NCBI GenBank assembly: GCA_964408935.1
Contig: CAYPBF010000003.1
Location: 1 to 55,006 of the forward strand
Reading direction: 5' to 3'
From: an uncultured Dehalococcoidales bacterium
GTDB taxonomy: Bacteria > Chloroflexota > Dehalococcoidia > Dehalococcoidales > BS750m-G39
DNA length: 55,006 nt
In this document: one piece after another, positions 18,894 through 31,515 of the stretch
How the letters are laid out: the number at the start of each line of letters is the position of its first letter
How positions within the stretch are numbered: the first letter of the stretch is position 1
Notes under the pieces: model-generated
Seen by the model: the letters and a program-made list of their open reading frames with translations, nothing else
The model's database searches: none
What the model was told of the DNA's origin: nothing
Made by a program: the position numbers and the translations under genes

Positions 18894-19256
18894 ATGCGAG
18901 GCGAGCAATACCTTACCAGGTCGGATGACTACGCCCTGGTCTATGAAAAGGGTAGTTCCTGGGCAAGCGACCTGATGGTGCTTAAGGCTTTGCCTAACCA
19001 GCTTGCCCTGACCCGGTACGGGTTCTCGGTGAGCAAACGGCTGGGTGGGGCGGTGGTGAGGAATCGGGTCAAGCGCCGAATGCGCGAAATATTGCGGGCG
19101 TTACCGCTGGAGGTGGGGTGGGATATCATCTTTATCGTCCGCCCCAAAGCGGCAAAAGCCAGTTTCGCGGACTTAGAAAAAACGGTTCGGGGGTTGCTTT
19201 CCCGGGCCAGGATTTTAGAGAGGGAGCATGAAGGAGCTGGCCTTAGGGCTAATTAG
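18894..19256 (+). CDS. rnpA: Ribonuclease P protein component
   Basis: [23 protein letters not shown]. Confidence 0.95.
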   Translation: MRGEQYLTRSDDYALVYEKGSSWASDLMVLKALPNQLALTRYGFSVSKRLGGAVVRNRVKRRMREILRALPLEVGWDIIFIVRPKAAKASFADLEKTVRGLLSRARILEREHEGAGLRAN

Positions 19257-19461
19257 ATTGTATCAGCTCACTATTTCGCGGATTTTTCCGTCCAACTGCC
19301 GCTATAGCCCTACCTGTTCTCAGTATACCTATGAGGCTATCTCCCGTTTCGGCTTTTTTAAGGGGGGCTGGATGGGGGCGAGGCGAATCGCCCGCTGCCA
19401 CCCCTTTCACCCCGGCGGTTACGACCCGGTGCCGCACGCTGACCATGGAGGCAACAGCTAA
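19228..19461 (+). CDS. yidD: Membrane protein insertion efficiency factor YidD
   Basis: [27 protein letters not shown]. Confidence 0.95.
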   Translation: MKELALGLIRLYQLTISRIFPSNCRYSPTCSQYTYEAISRFGFFKGGWMGARRIARCHPFHPGGYDPVPHADHGGNS

Positions 19462-20634
19462 GTGAGGATTGGTAACAAGAATCTACCGGTGGGCAAGATT
19501 AGCCTGCTCATTGTTATGCTCCTAGTGGGGTTGGTGTTGGTTGGGTGTACCGGCATCAGGGGCTCGCCTGAGGGCGGTTCCGGCGCTACCGTGGCCGACG
19601 GGACCATATTCTTAGCCCCCTCTTTGCCGCAGTCGGGAGGCTTCGGCTGTTCGGCGCCGGCGGCGGAGAGCAAGCTGGTGGCGGTGAACGCGGAGACGGG
19701 AGTACAACGCTGGGAGGTTCCGCTGGAAGGGGCGACGACATCGGGCGGCTTCGGCTGTGCCCAGACGACGATACCGGTGGCCATTTACGGCAGCCCCGTT
19801 GTCTTCGAAGAGCTGGTCTATGTTGCTGGCTATAACGGCAAGATTTACGCCCTAAATGCCGAGACGGGGGCGTTGCGCTGGGTCTATCCCCGTACCGGTA
19901 ACCTGGATCCCATCGTCAGCGGCCTGGTCGTCGGCCTGGATAAGCTCTATTTCAGCTGCTCCGACGGGAGTGTCTACGCCCTAGACGTAGCTACCGGTGA
20001 TTTGCTCTGGGAGTTCGCCACCGAGAGCGAGGACAAGATATGGTCAACGCCCGCTTACGAAGCGGGGACGCTCTATGTGGCTTCCTTCGACAAGAAGCTC
20101 TATGCCATAAACGCCACTGACGGCACTGAATTATGGCAGTTCGAGGTGGGGGGGGCTTTTGCCTCTACGCCGCTGGTCGATAACGGCACCGTCTATATCG
20201 GCACCCTCGACCGCTACTTCTATGCCATAAACGCCGCCGACGGCACACTTAAGTGGGAGTTCCAGGCGGAAAAGTGGTTCTGGACGCGGGCGGTAGTCTT
20301 TGAAGACACCATTTATGTCGGCTGTTTCGATAATAAGGTCTACGCCTTGAATGCCCTGACTGGGGTCGAGATAACCGAGTTCGACCTGGAAAGCCCGGTC
20401 CGTTCCTGGCCAGTCCTGGACGGTGACAGGGTCCTGGTCGCCAGCGAGGCGGGCAAGATATACGCCATAGATGCCGTCAATAACCAGATGGGGCTTTTCG
20501 CCGACCTGGCCGAGACGATATACGCCCCGCTCGCTTTGGGCGAGAACGTCCTCTATGTTTATACCCAGGAGCTGAATCTCCACGCCTTTAACCTTGATAC
20601 GGGCGTAAGGCTGTGGGTTCAGACCGTTGACTAA
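19462..20634 (+). CDS. PQQ-repeat (BamB-like) beta-propeller protein, predicted lipoprotein
   Basis: Repeated 'YALNA.TG..(L)W.F' blades; signal peptide ending LVLVGC. Confidence 0.85.
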   Translation: MRIGNKNLPVGKISLLIVMLLVGLVLVGCTGIRGSPEGGSGATVADGTIFLAPSLPQSGGFGCSAPAAESKLVAVNAETGVQRWEVPLEGATTSGGFGCAQTTIPVAIYGSPVVFEELVYVAGYNGKIYALNAETGALRWVYPRTGNLDPIVSGLVVGLDKLYFSCSDGSVYALDVATGDLLWEFATESEDKIWSTPAYEAGTLYVASFDKKLYAINATDGTELWQFEVGGAFASTPLVDNGTVYIGTLDRYFYAINAADGTLKWEFQAEKWFWTRAVVFEDTIYVGCFDNKVYALNALTGVEITEFDLESPVRSWPVLDGDRVLVASEAGKIYAIDAVNNQMGLFADLAETIYAPLALGENVLYVYTQELNLHAFNLDTGVRLWVQTVD

Positions 20635-20652
20635 TAAGTGAGGTAGATTTCT

Positions 20653-21600
20653 TTGGACCTGAACTGGTGGGACATAATCGCGATACAGCCAATGACCAAC
20701 ATCTTGGTGGTGATGACCCACTACCTCTTCAACAACTTCGGGCTGGCTATTATCGCTCTGACGCTCATCGTTAACGGCGCTATGCTCCCCCTGACACTGA
20801 AGCAGATTCGCGCTTCCAGGGCCATGCAGGCGCTTCAGCCCAAGCTTGCTGAGCTTAAGAAGAAGTACGGCAAGGACAGGGAGAGGATGGCCCAGGAGCA
20901 GATGAAGCTCTACAAAGAGTCGGGGGTTAGCCCGGCCGGCTGCGTGCTGCCGCTGTTAGTCCAGATGCCTGTCTGGATTGCCCTTTTCCAGTCCATCACG
21001 CGAATGGTGGCGGTAATCCCAGAGAACCTGGCGGGGCTTTCCCACTATCTCTATTCCTGGCAGGTGGTCTATACCACCCTACCTCTGGACAATCACTTCC
21101 TCTGGTTAAACCTGGCTGTCGGTGACATTTTCCTGGCACTGCTGGTGGGCGCCTCGATGTGGGTGCAGCAGAAGATGATTATGGCGCCGTCGGTCGACCC
21201 CTCTCAGAAGACGCAGAGCAGCCTGATGCTCTGGATAATGCCCATCATGTTTGCCTGGTTGACACTATCGTTCCCCAGCGGGCTGGCCCTCTTCTGGGTG
21301 ACTTCTAACCTGTTTAGAATTGGCTTACAGTACTGGATCGGGGGGTGGGGAGGCCTGGTGAAGTCATCGCCCAAGAAAGAGACCGGTCGGGACAAGAAGT
21401 ATAAAAAGCGTATCGCCGAGGTGGAGCAAGCCTCCGAAGGCGGTGCTGATATCGTGCCCAGTGCGGCACGGGAAGAGGATACGAGCTATGAAGAGCCTGG
21501 AGACAAGCGGGCGGACCGTGGAGGAGGCTATCCAAAAAGCATTAGAGACACTAAACCTAAGTCGAGAAAAGGTAGAGGTCACCGTCCTAAAAGAGGGTAA
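20653..21600 (+). CDS. yidC: YidC/Oxa1 membrane protein insertase with long charged C-tail
   Basis: FGLAIIALTL, MQALQPKL.ELKKKY, GCVLPLLVQMPVWIALF, PSGLALFW. Confidence 0.95.
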   Translation: MDLNWWDIIAIQPMTNILVVMTHYLFNNFGLAIIALTLIVNGAMLPLTLKQIRASRAMQALQPKLAELKKKYGKDRERMAQEQMKLYKESGVSPAGCVLPLLVQMPVWIALFQSITRMVAVIPENLAGLSHYLYSWQVVYTTLPLDNHFLWLNLAVGDIFLALLVGASMWVQQKMIMAPSVDPSQKTQSSLMLWIMPIMFAWLTLSFPSGLALFWVTSNLFRIGLQYWIGGWGGLVKSSPKKETGRDKKYKKRIAEVEQASEGGADIVPSAAREEDTSYEEPGDKRADRGGGYPKSIRDTKPKSRKGRGHRPKRG

Positions 21601-22141
21601 GCACGGTATTTTGGGTTTGGGGTCCGAAGAGGCCATGGTAAGAGTTGAACCTCTGGCCAGCGTGCCGGAGAACATGGACGAGATGGCTCGGGAAGTCCTG
21701 GAGACACTTCTGACCCGGCTGGGGGTTTTGGCTTCGGTGGAGTGTCAGACCAAACCACCGACAGGGGAGGGGGCGGGCGAGGTTATTACCCTGGATGTGA
21801 GCGGTGACGACCTGGGCATCCTCATCGGGCGGCGGGGACAGACCCTTTCCTCCCTGCAGTACGTCGTCAGGCTCATCCTGGCCCATCAGACTCAGGCCCG
21901 GGTGCCCATAGTCATCGACGTCGAGGGCTACAAGCAGCGCCGTTACGAGGCGTTGCAGGCCCTGGCCCAGCGCATGGCCGAGCAGGTTAAAGCCAAGGGC
22001 CGCCCCTTTACGCTGGAGCCGATGCTGGCCTACGAGAGGCGCATTATCCACCTGACTCTGGCCGATGATCCCGACGTCACCACTGAGAGCGTCGGCGAAG
22101 GCGAGACGCGCAAGGTAGTCATTATGCCCCGTGAGCAATAG
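21488..22141 (+). CDS. jag: Jag/EloR/KhpB RNA-binding protein (JAG-KH-R3H)
   Basis: MKSLETSGRTVEEAI, GILIGRRGQTL (KH), EPMLAYERRIIH (R3H); start assigned to ATG 21488. Confidence 0.93.
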   Translation: MKSLETSGRTVEEAIQKALETLNLSREKVEVTVLKEGKHGILGLGSEEAMVRVEPLASVPENMDEMAREVLETLLTRLGVLASVECQTKPPTGEGAGEVITLDVSGDDLGILIGRRGQTLSSLQYVVRLILAHQTQARVPIVIDVEGYKQRRYEALQALAQRMAEQVKAKGRPFTLEPMLAYERRIIHLTLADDPDVTTESVGEGETRKVVIMPREQ

Positions 22142-22195
22142 CCACTAAGCTGGCTTTGATTGCTTTACATAACAATCAAGAAAAGGGGGCACAAA

Positions 22196-22969
22196 ATGGC
22201 GAAGACCGACTGGGCGGGGCTTAGCGATAAGATTGACCGTTTGCTGCGTCTCAAGGCAAGCCCCGTTGCTTACAAGCGGCTGGAGAAAGCCGCCGAGCTG
22301 GAAAAAATACCCGAGGTAATGCCCCTCGACCGCCGCGCTTCTTTTTGTCAGGTGCCAGCCATGGTGCGCACCATGGGCCTGACGATATCGGCCACCAGGG
22401 ATAACTTCGGCGGGCGTTGCGCCCGCATCAACGGCCTGGCGGAGTCTAGCCAGCAGCAGGTTGACTGGGAGGCGGAGCAATTCGCTAATACCTGGTTTGC
22501 CAACGTGGCAGAGGCCAAAAAGCAGATGGCGGCCTACCCCACCGTTCCCCCCGGAGAAGCCGTGGTGCTGGCCCCGCTGGCGGCGGGGAAGTTTGAGCCT
22601 GAGGTTATCCTCATCTACGGCAACCCCGCGCAGATGATGCTCCTCATGAACGGGCTTCAGTTCAAGGACTACGAGCGCTTTCAGTTCTTCTTTATCGGGG
22701 AAGGCTCCTGTGCCGACGGACTGGCGCAGTGCTACACCACAGGCAAGCCCGCCCTGGCTATTCCCTGCCTGGGCGAGAGGGCTTTCGGCGCCGTTACCGA
22801 GGACGAGATGGTGATGGCCCTGCCGCCGAAGATGCTGGGCAAAGCTGTCGAAGGTCTGGAGTCGCTTAAAGCGCGGGGCATCGGCTACCCGGTTATGTAT
22901 CTGGGGCCGCTGTGTGACCCGTCGCCGGTGCTGATGCAGATATACCCCGAGTGGTGGGAGCGCCGTTAG
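22196..22969 (+). CDS. DUF169-family protein
   Basis: L.LKASPVAYK, SFCQ, ..P.QMM.L, SCAD..A, PC.GER pattern; start assigned to ATG 22196. Confidence 0.75.
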   Translation: MAKTDWAGLSDKIDRLLRLKASPVAYKRLEKAAELEKIPEVMPLDRRASFCQVPAMVRTMGLTISATRDNFGGRCARINGLAESSQQQVDWEAEQFANTWFANVAEAKKQMAAYPTVPPGEAVVLAPLAAGKFEPEVILIYGNPAQMMLLMNGLQFKDYERFQFFFIGEGSCADGLAQCYTTGKPALAIPCLGERAFGAVTEDEMVMALPPKMLGKAVEGLESLKARGIGYPVMYLGPLCDPSPVLMQIYPEWWERR

Positions 22970-23014
22970 GATATTCAGCAGCTTGTTTTATTTTTCAAGC
23001 TGTGCTAACCTTTA

Positions 23015-23290
23015 GCGGTAAAGGCAATGACGGAGAGGAGTAGGGGGAGAGCGGTAGCTTAAAGCGAGTCTGAACGGGTGAGAGCAGACGTTGCCGTCCC
23101 CCGAAGATCACTCCCGAGCCACCAACCGAAAGGTGCTTGGTCACCGAGTAGACCTGGTCGGTAACGTCAACCGTTATCACTGACGGGGGCATTAGGATGT
23201 GCCCTGATAAGAGCCTTCGCTTTGAAAGCGGGGGAAATAGGGTGGTACCGCGGGTAGAATCCCGTCCCTAGGGGACGGGATTTTTTAATA
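23015..23290 (+). promoter_or_regulatory. T-box riboswitch (Ile specifier AUC) with terminator
   Basis: T-box AGGGTGGTACCGCG at 23239-23252, specifier GAAG-ATC-ACTCC (ATC 23107-23109), terminator ATCCCGTCCC..GGGACGGGAT-T6, upstream of ileS. Confidence 0.95.
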
Positions 23291-23301
23291 TAGGGGGTCT
23301 T

Positions 23302-26357
<3,056 letters not shown>

Positions 26358-26361
<4 letters not shown>

Positions 26362-27440
26362 GCGGGCGGGGGTGTTTCCGTCAGTGTGACGTAGGCGGTT
26401 TGCTGGCTGTCGCCCCGCCAGAAGACGACTTCCACTTCCTCACCGATTTCCTTGGAATGTATCGCCTGGACCATCTCCTCGGCGGTGGTTATAGCTTCAC
26501 CACCGAAGCTGACGATGACGTCGCCAGGTTCCAGGCCAGCGGTGGCGGCGGGACTGACGGTGGCCATGCTGGTAATGAGGGCGCCCTCATTCACCGCCAG
26601 GCCGTAGGTCATTACGGCATACTCATCCACGGTGTAGAGCACCACCCCCAACCAGGGGCGGACGACGTAGCCGTTCTCAATCAGCTCCTCGATGATGGGC
26701 ATGGCCGAATCGCTGCTGATGGCGTAGCCCATGCCCTCTACGCCCACCTGAGAGACTTTGACGCTGGTGATGCCGATAACCTCGCCGGCCATATTTACCA
26801 GCGGGCCGCCGCTGTTACCGGGGTTGATGGCGGCATCGGTCTGAATCAGGTCGTCCAGGGTCTGCCCGGCTGCCACTGACAGGGAAATATCCTTGGCGCT
26901 GACGATGCCCTTGGTGGCGCTTATGCCCAACCCCAGCGAGTTACCGATAGCCACCACCCAGTCGCCCACCCGTAAGGCGTCGGAATCACCCACCTTAACC
27001 GCGGGCAGGTTGACGGCGTTGACCCGGATTACGGCCAGGTCGCTCAACGAGTCGGTGCTTATGGTCACGGCGGAGAAGGTCCGGCCGTCGGCCAGGGTCA
27101 CGATAACGCTCTGCGCTCCTTCTACCACGTGGTTGTTGGTCACGATGACCCCGTCTTCATCTATAATCCACCCCGAGCCCGCCCCCTGCTGTGTGTAGGG
27201 GCGGTTGAAGGCGTCATAGCCGACGTACTCGGTGTTGATGGCCACCACCGAGGGCCTGACCAGGGCCACCACGTCGGCAATAGTGAGCGTTGACGAGGTG
27301 TCTATAGCGACGGGTGGGGCGACGGTGGGGTCGCCTGAGCTGGGTGGCTCGGTGCTTACCAGCGAGCAGCTGCTGCTCAAGACCAGGCTCATAATGATAA
27401 CCAGGGCGATGACCAGGTGTCTTATCTTTAGCGCTTTCAT
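26358..27440 (-). CDS. htrA: HtrA/DegP-like serine protease with one PDZ domain
   Basis: TNNHVV, DLAVI, TDAAINPGNSGGPL, PDZ domain; N-terminal membrane anchor or lipobox-like Cys. Confidence 0.93.
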
Positions 27441-27631
27441 AAATAGTCTCCTCGACTTCGGCTTTATCTTTATAACGTGCCAGGCAAGCTATGGTTAGCT
27501 GTCTCTGGTACCATTCCTATAATACTGATTGTAGCACTACGGGTAGGCTGGGGCAAAGTGATTTCTGTCACCTTTCCAAAGGGGCCAAAATCTGTTATAG
27601 TTTACCCCAGTCTTATAAAGGAGGAGGTCGG

Positions 27632-28327
27632 GTGGCCGAGACGGTGATAGCGAAAGCCAGAGGCGAAGGCAGGACGGTGCTGACCGAGGTCGAGTCCAAA
27701 CAACTGCTCGGCCAGGCGGGCATCGACGTGGTTGAGACTAGACTGGCCACTTCCAAGGAAGAAGCTGTTTCCATAAGCGAGGAGCTTGGTTTCCCCGCAG
27801 TACTCAAGATAGCCTCGCCCGATATTATTCACAAGAGTGACGCGGGCGGGGTCAAACTGGGGCTGGAAAGCGCCCGGGCGGTGGGGCAGGCCTACGACGA
27901 TATCATAGCCGCCGCCAAGCAAAAATATCCCAAGGCCAGGATTCTGGGGGTGGCCGTGCAAAAGATGGCGCGCCCTGGCGTCGAGGTTATTATCGGAATG
28001 TCCCAGGACGAACAGTTCGGGCCCGTCCTCATGTTCGGGCTGGGGGGCATACTGGTGGAGGTGCTCAAAGACGTCTCCTTCCGCCTCGTTCCCTTAACCA
28101 AGCGGGACGCCGCTGAGATGGTCAGGGAGATAAAGGGCTACCCCCTACTTGAAGGCTATCGGGGAGGGGAAGTGGTGAAGATAGCCTACCTGGAGAATTT
28201 GCTGCTCAAGGTGTCTGATTTTGTCGAGAAAAATCCTGAGGTCAAAGAGCTTGACCTCAACCCTATTTTTGCCTACAGCGATGGTGCTTTAGCCGTAGAC
28301 GCCAGGGTAATACTGGACTCAAAATGA
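27632..28327 (+). CDS. Acetate/acyl-CoA ligase (ADP-forming) beta subunit (ATP-grasp)
   Basis: LTEVESKQLL, VLKIASPDIIHKSDAGGV, FGPVLMFGLGG.LVEVLKD, ELDLNP; GTG start with SD GGAGGAGG. Confidence 0.92.
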   Translation: MAETVIAKARGEGRTVLTEVESKQLLGQAGIDVVETRLATSKEEAVSISEELGFPAVLKIASPDIIHKSDAGGVKLGLESARAVGQAYDDIIAAAKQKYPKARILGVAVQKMARPGVEVIIGMSQDEQFGPVLMFGLGGILVEVLKDVSFRLVPLTKRDAAEMVREIKGYPLLEGYRGGEVVKIAYLENLLLKVSDFVEKNPEVKELDLNPIFAYSDGALAVDARVILDSK

Positions 28328-29832
28328 ATCTGAAACAGATGTTGGAAGGGGCGGCCAAGCGCTACGCTGACAAGACGGCAGTAGCTATGGGCGAGCGTCG
28401 GCTGTCCTATGCCGAGCTGGACGAGGCCGCAAATCGGGTGGCCAACGCCCTGGTGGGGATGGGGATAACTCAGGGCGACCACGTCGCCCTGCTGCTGGCC
28501 AACAGCCCCGAATTCGTCGCCGTCTATTTCGGGGTGGTCAAAATCGGGGCCATTGCCGTCCTGCTCGACCCCAAGTATAAGCTCACCGAGCTGGTCTCCT
28601 TGTGTGACGACTCCAGGCCCAGGGTCCTGATAACGGAAAGCCCCTGCCTGGAAGAGCTGATGCCTGTTATGGACAAATTCAAGTCCGTGGAACACGTTAT
28701 CGGCCTGACCCCACGCTCGCGAAGAAAAATCGTCACCTACAAAAAGATTATGGAGGAAAGCCCCGCCTCACCAGTCAACATAGAGCCGGCGCCCGAGGCT
28801 ATCGCCCATATCGCCTATAGCTCGGGGCCTTCCTTTAACCCGCGGGGGGTAGTGCTGTCCCACGGGACACTGGTTGAGGAGGCGGATATATCGGGTGACA
28901 GCTTCGAACAAACGGATAGAGACGTCGTTATTCTCTTCGCCCTGCCCATGCACCATGCCTTCGGGCTGGTGGTGGTCATGATGACGGCTATTGCCCAGGG
29001 CAGCACGGTGGTGATGCTTTCGGGGCTTTCCCTGGATAGCCTCTTCGAGCTTATTGAGCGGGAAAAGGCGACCATATTCATGGGGGTGCCTTTCGTTCAC
29101 GGGCTCATCGTGGAGTTCATCGAAGATGGCTGGCTGAAGCACGACCTGAGCTCGCTGCGCATCTGGGGCACGGCTGGGGCCGCCATGCCCCCCAGGATTG
29201 CCGAAAAGGTGAAAGAGCACGTCGGCCTGACCCCGGTCAACTTTTGGGGGATGACCGAATCAGCGGCACAGGTCAGCTGCACCACCCTCGACGGGCGGGG
29301 GGCAGCCAACTCGGTGGGTAGAACTCTGCGCGGCTGGGAGCTGAAGATAGTCGATGACGAGGGACGTGAGCTGCCCACAGGTGAGACGGGCGAGATAATA
29401 GTCAAAGGCCCCATTATGGACGAGTACTACAACAACCCTCAGGTGACAGCCCAGATAATCAAGGACGGCTGGCTCTATACCGGTGATATGGGCTGGCGGG
29501 ACGATTCAGGCTGGCTCTTTTTGGCCGCGGGCCGTAAGAAGGACATGATTATCAGTAAGGGGCAGAATATCTCCCCCAGCGATGTCGAAGAGATAATCAG
29601 CCGTCACCCTAAGGTGGATGAGGTGGCGGTGTTGGGTATCGCTGACGAGTCGAGGGGAGAGACGCCGCGGGCGTTCGTAAAGTTAAAGACGGGCAAAAAG
29701 ACGAGCGAACGGGTGATAAAGCGTTTTTGCCTGAAGCACCTGGCCAACTACAAAGTGCCGCGGGAGGTTGTCTTTATCAAGTCCCTGCCCAGAACCGCCA
29801 ACGGCAAAATCGATAAGGAAAAGTTGAGATGA
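28324..29832 (+). CDS. AMP-dependent acyl-CoA/acyl-ACP ligase-family protein with deviant P-loop
   Basis: LPMHHAFG, WGMTE, GWLYTGD, GRKKDMIISKGQNI, PRTANGKIDK. Confidence 0.85.
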   Translation: MNLKQMLEGAAKRYADKTAVAMGERRLSYAELDEAANRVANALVGMGITQGDHVALLLANSPEFVAVYFGVVKIGAIAVLLDPKYKLTELVSLCDDSRPRVLITESPCLEELMPVMDKFKSVEHVIGLTPRSRRKIVTYKKIMEESPASPVNIEPAPEAIAHIAYSSGPSFNPRGVVLSHGTLVEEADISGDSFEQTDRDVVILFALPMHHAFGLVVVMMTAIAQGSTVVMLSGLSLDSLFELIEREKATIFMGVPFVHGLIVEFIEDGWLKHDLSSLRIWGTAGAAMPPRIAEKVKEHVGLTPVNFWGMTESAAQVSCTTLDGRGAANSVGRTLRGWELKIVDDEGRELPTGETGEIIVKGPIMDEYYNNPQVTAQIIKDGWLYTGDMGWRDDSGWLFLAAGRKKDMIISKGQNISPSDVEEIISRHPKVDEVAVLGIADESRGETPRAFVKLKTGKKTSERVIKRFCLKHLANYKVPREVVFIKSLPRTANGKIDKEKLR

Positions 29833-31070
29833 AACGAAGAGTAGTCATTACCGGAATGGGCCTGCTCACGCCGCTGGGGGTGGGGACAGAGGCGAACTGG
29901 CAGGCGCTTTGCCAGGGGAAATCGGGGGTGGGGCCAGTGACCCATTTCGACGCGGGCGAGTTCCGCACCCAGATTGCTGGTGAGGTAAAGGACTTTGACC
30001 CCCTCGACTTTGTCGACCGCAAGCTGGCCAGGCGTGGCGATCGCTTTATCCACTTCGCCCTGGCGGCGGCGCGGATGGCGCTGGAAGACGCCAAACTTAA
30101 GATTGACGCCTCTAACGACGAGCGGGTGGGGGTTTCGGTGGGTACGGCCATGGGCGGTATCGAGAGCATCGAGAAAAATCATGAGCTTTTGATAAAGGGA
30201 AAGCGGCAGCAGATTTCCCCCTTCTTTGTTCCCAGCTTCCTGGGTAACATGGCTACGGGGCAGGTTGCCATCAGCTTTGGGGCCAAGGGGGCCAATATGT
30301 GTACGGTGACCGCCTGTGCCTCGGGGACGCACGCCATCGGCGACGCCGCCGTTGTTATCCAGCGTGGCGATGTCGACGCCATGATTGCCGGCGGTACCGA
30401 GGCCGCCATCAGGCCGCTGGTCTTTGCCGGACTGGACCCCTTAAAGGTAATGTCGGCCCGCAACGATGCCCCCGAAAGAGCCAGCCGCCCCTTCGATAAA
30501 GAGCGCGACGGCTTTATCATCGGCGAGGGGGCAGGCATGGTCATTTTGGATGAGCTGGAATCGGCCCAAAGGCGGGGGGCCAAGATTTACGGCGAGGTTT
30601 TGGGCTACGGCCTTAACAGCGACGCCTATCACATCACCGCCCCCGACCCCGAGGGCCTGGGCGCCGCCGCCTGCATGAGGCTGGCTTTAGAAGATGCCGG
30701 CATTTCCCCCGACCAGGTGGACTATATAAACGCCCACGGCACCTCGACGACGCTCAACGACCTCTCCGAGACCAGGGCCATCAAGGACGTCTTCGGCGAG
30801 CTGAGCCGTAAGATACCGGTCAGCGCCAACAAATCGATGATGGGGCACATGTGGGCAGGGGCGGGGGTGGCCGAGGCCATCGCCAGCCTGCTCACCATCC
30901 GCGACGGCATTATTCCGCCCACCATCAACTACGAGACGCCCGACCCCGATTGCGACCTCGACTACGTACCCAATGAAGCCCGGAAGGCTAAAGTAAACAT
31001 CGCCCTCTCCAACTCCTTCGGCTTCGGCAGCACCAACGGCTGCCTCATCTTAGGGAAATTTTCCCCTTAA
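29829..31070 (+). CDS. fabF: Beta-ketoacyl-ACP synthase II
   Basis: RRVVITGMG, TACASG, YINAHGTST, KSMMGH, SNSFGFG. Confidence 0.94.
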   Translation: MKRRVVITGMGLLTPLGVGTEANWQALCQGKSGVGPVTHFDAGEFRTQIAGEVKDFDPLDFVDRKLARRGDRFIHFALAAARMALEDAKLKIDASNDERVGVSVGTAMGGIESIEKNHELLIKGKRQQISPFFVPSFLGNMATGQVAISFGAKGANMCTVTACASGTHAIGDAAVVIQRGDVDAMIAGGTEAAIRPLVFAGLDPLKVMSARNDAPERASRPFDKERDGFIIGEGAGMVILDELESAQRRGAKIYGEVLGYGLNSDAYHITAPDPEGLGAAACMRLALEDAGISPDQVDYINAHGTSTTLNDLSETRAIKDVFGELSRKIPVSANKSMMGHMWAGAGVAEAIASLLTIRDGIIPPTINYETPDPDCDLDYVPNEARKAKVNIALSNSFGFGSTNGCLILGKFSP

Positions 31071-31097
31071 AAAATCCCCTTTAAGCCTGGTCGGCTA

Positions 31098-31126
31098 TTG
31101 TCAAAAAGGGTGAGGTATGCTATATT
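31098..31126 (+). promoter_or_regulatory. Sigma-70 promoter of the small membrane-protein gene
   Basis: TTGTCA-17-TATATT with extended TG. Confidence 0.7.
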
Positions 31127-31130
31127 CTAT

Positions 31131-31151
31131 ATACCTAGAATTACTATGTAT
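31131..31151. promoter_or_regulatory. Candidate PadR operator 1
   Basis: ATACCTAG-N5-CTATGTAT dyad starting 5 nt after the -10 box; homologous to operator 2. Confidence 0.65.
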
Positions 31152-31229
31152 TTAGAATAACCAGCTATCTCTTGTTGTCAAGGCAGCAGTCTCGATATGA
31201 ATCAAAGGAAAGGAGGTGAGCGCTAGATA

Positions 31230-31373
31230 ATGAAACTTCTAAGTCTAGCTATCTGTTCCCTGGGTATTTGGGTTTTCCTGGGTCCGTTGGTTTCGGCCGA
31301 TTGGGTCGCCTACGTCTTCGGTGGCTTAGCCGCCGTACTGGCTTTCTTAGCTGCATTTATGACGAAATCATAG
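31230..31373 (+). CDS. Small 47-aa two-helix membrane protein (SPW-repeat-like), absent from ORF track
   Basis: MKLLSLAICSLGIWVFLGPLVSADWVAYVFGGLAAVLAFLAAFMTKS; strong SD AAGGAGGTGA; own promoter. Confidence 0.8.
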   Translation: MKLLSLAICSLGIWVFLGPLVSADWVAYVFGGLAAVLAFLAAFMTKS

Positions 31374-31482
31374 CCAGGCTGGCTACTATTTATTCCCTCA
31401 TAGAGTCTAGTCAAACTCACCGAAAACTACGGGACTGCTGCCTTGACTGGCTCGACCTTTAAGCTCTCTCTTCTAGAACGTG

Positions 31483-31511
31483 TTGCAAAGCGGAGTACTG
31501 TGTATTATTAT
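31483..31511 (+). promoter_or_regulatory. Sigma-70 promoter of padR
   Basis: TTGCAA-17-TATTAT. Confidence 0.65.
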
Positions 31512-31515
31512 ATTG

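Noticed and set aside
31177-31447. MITE or IS remnant explanation for the 18-bp inverted repeat
   Set aside because: No target-site duplication, no TG...CA ends, no transposase; the inner pairings over the SD and ATG fit an RNA structure better. Not fully excluded
31133-31447. 6S RNA or tmRNA
   Set aside because: Longer than a typical 6S rod and contains a well-formed ORF with SD; no tRNA-like ends or TTCGA arm as tmRNA would have
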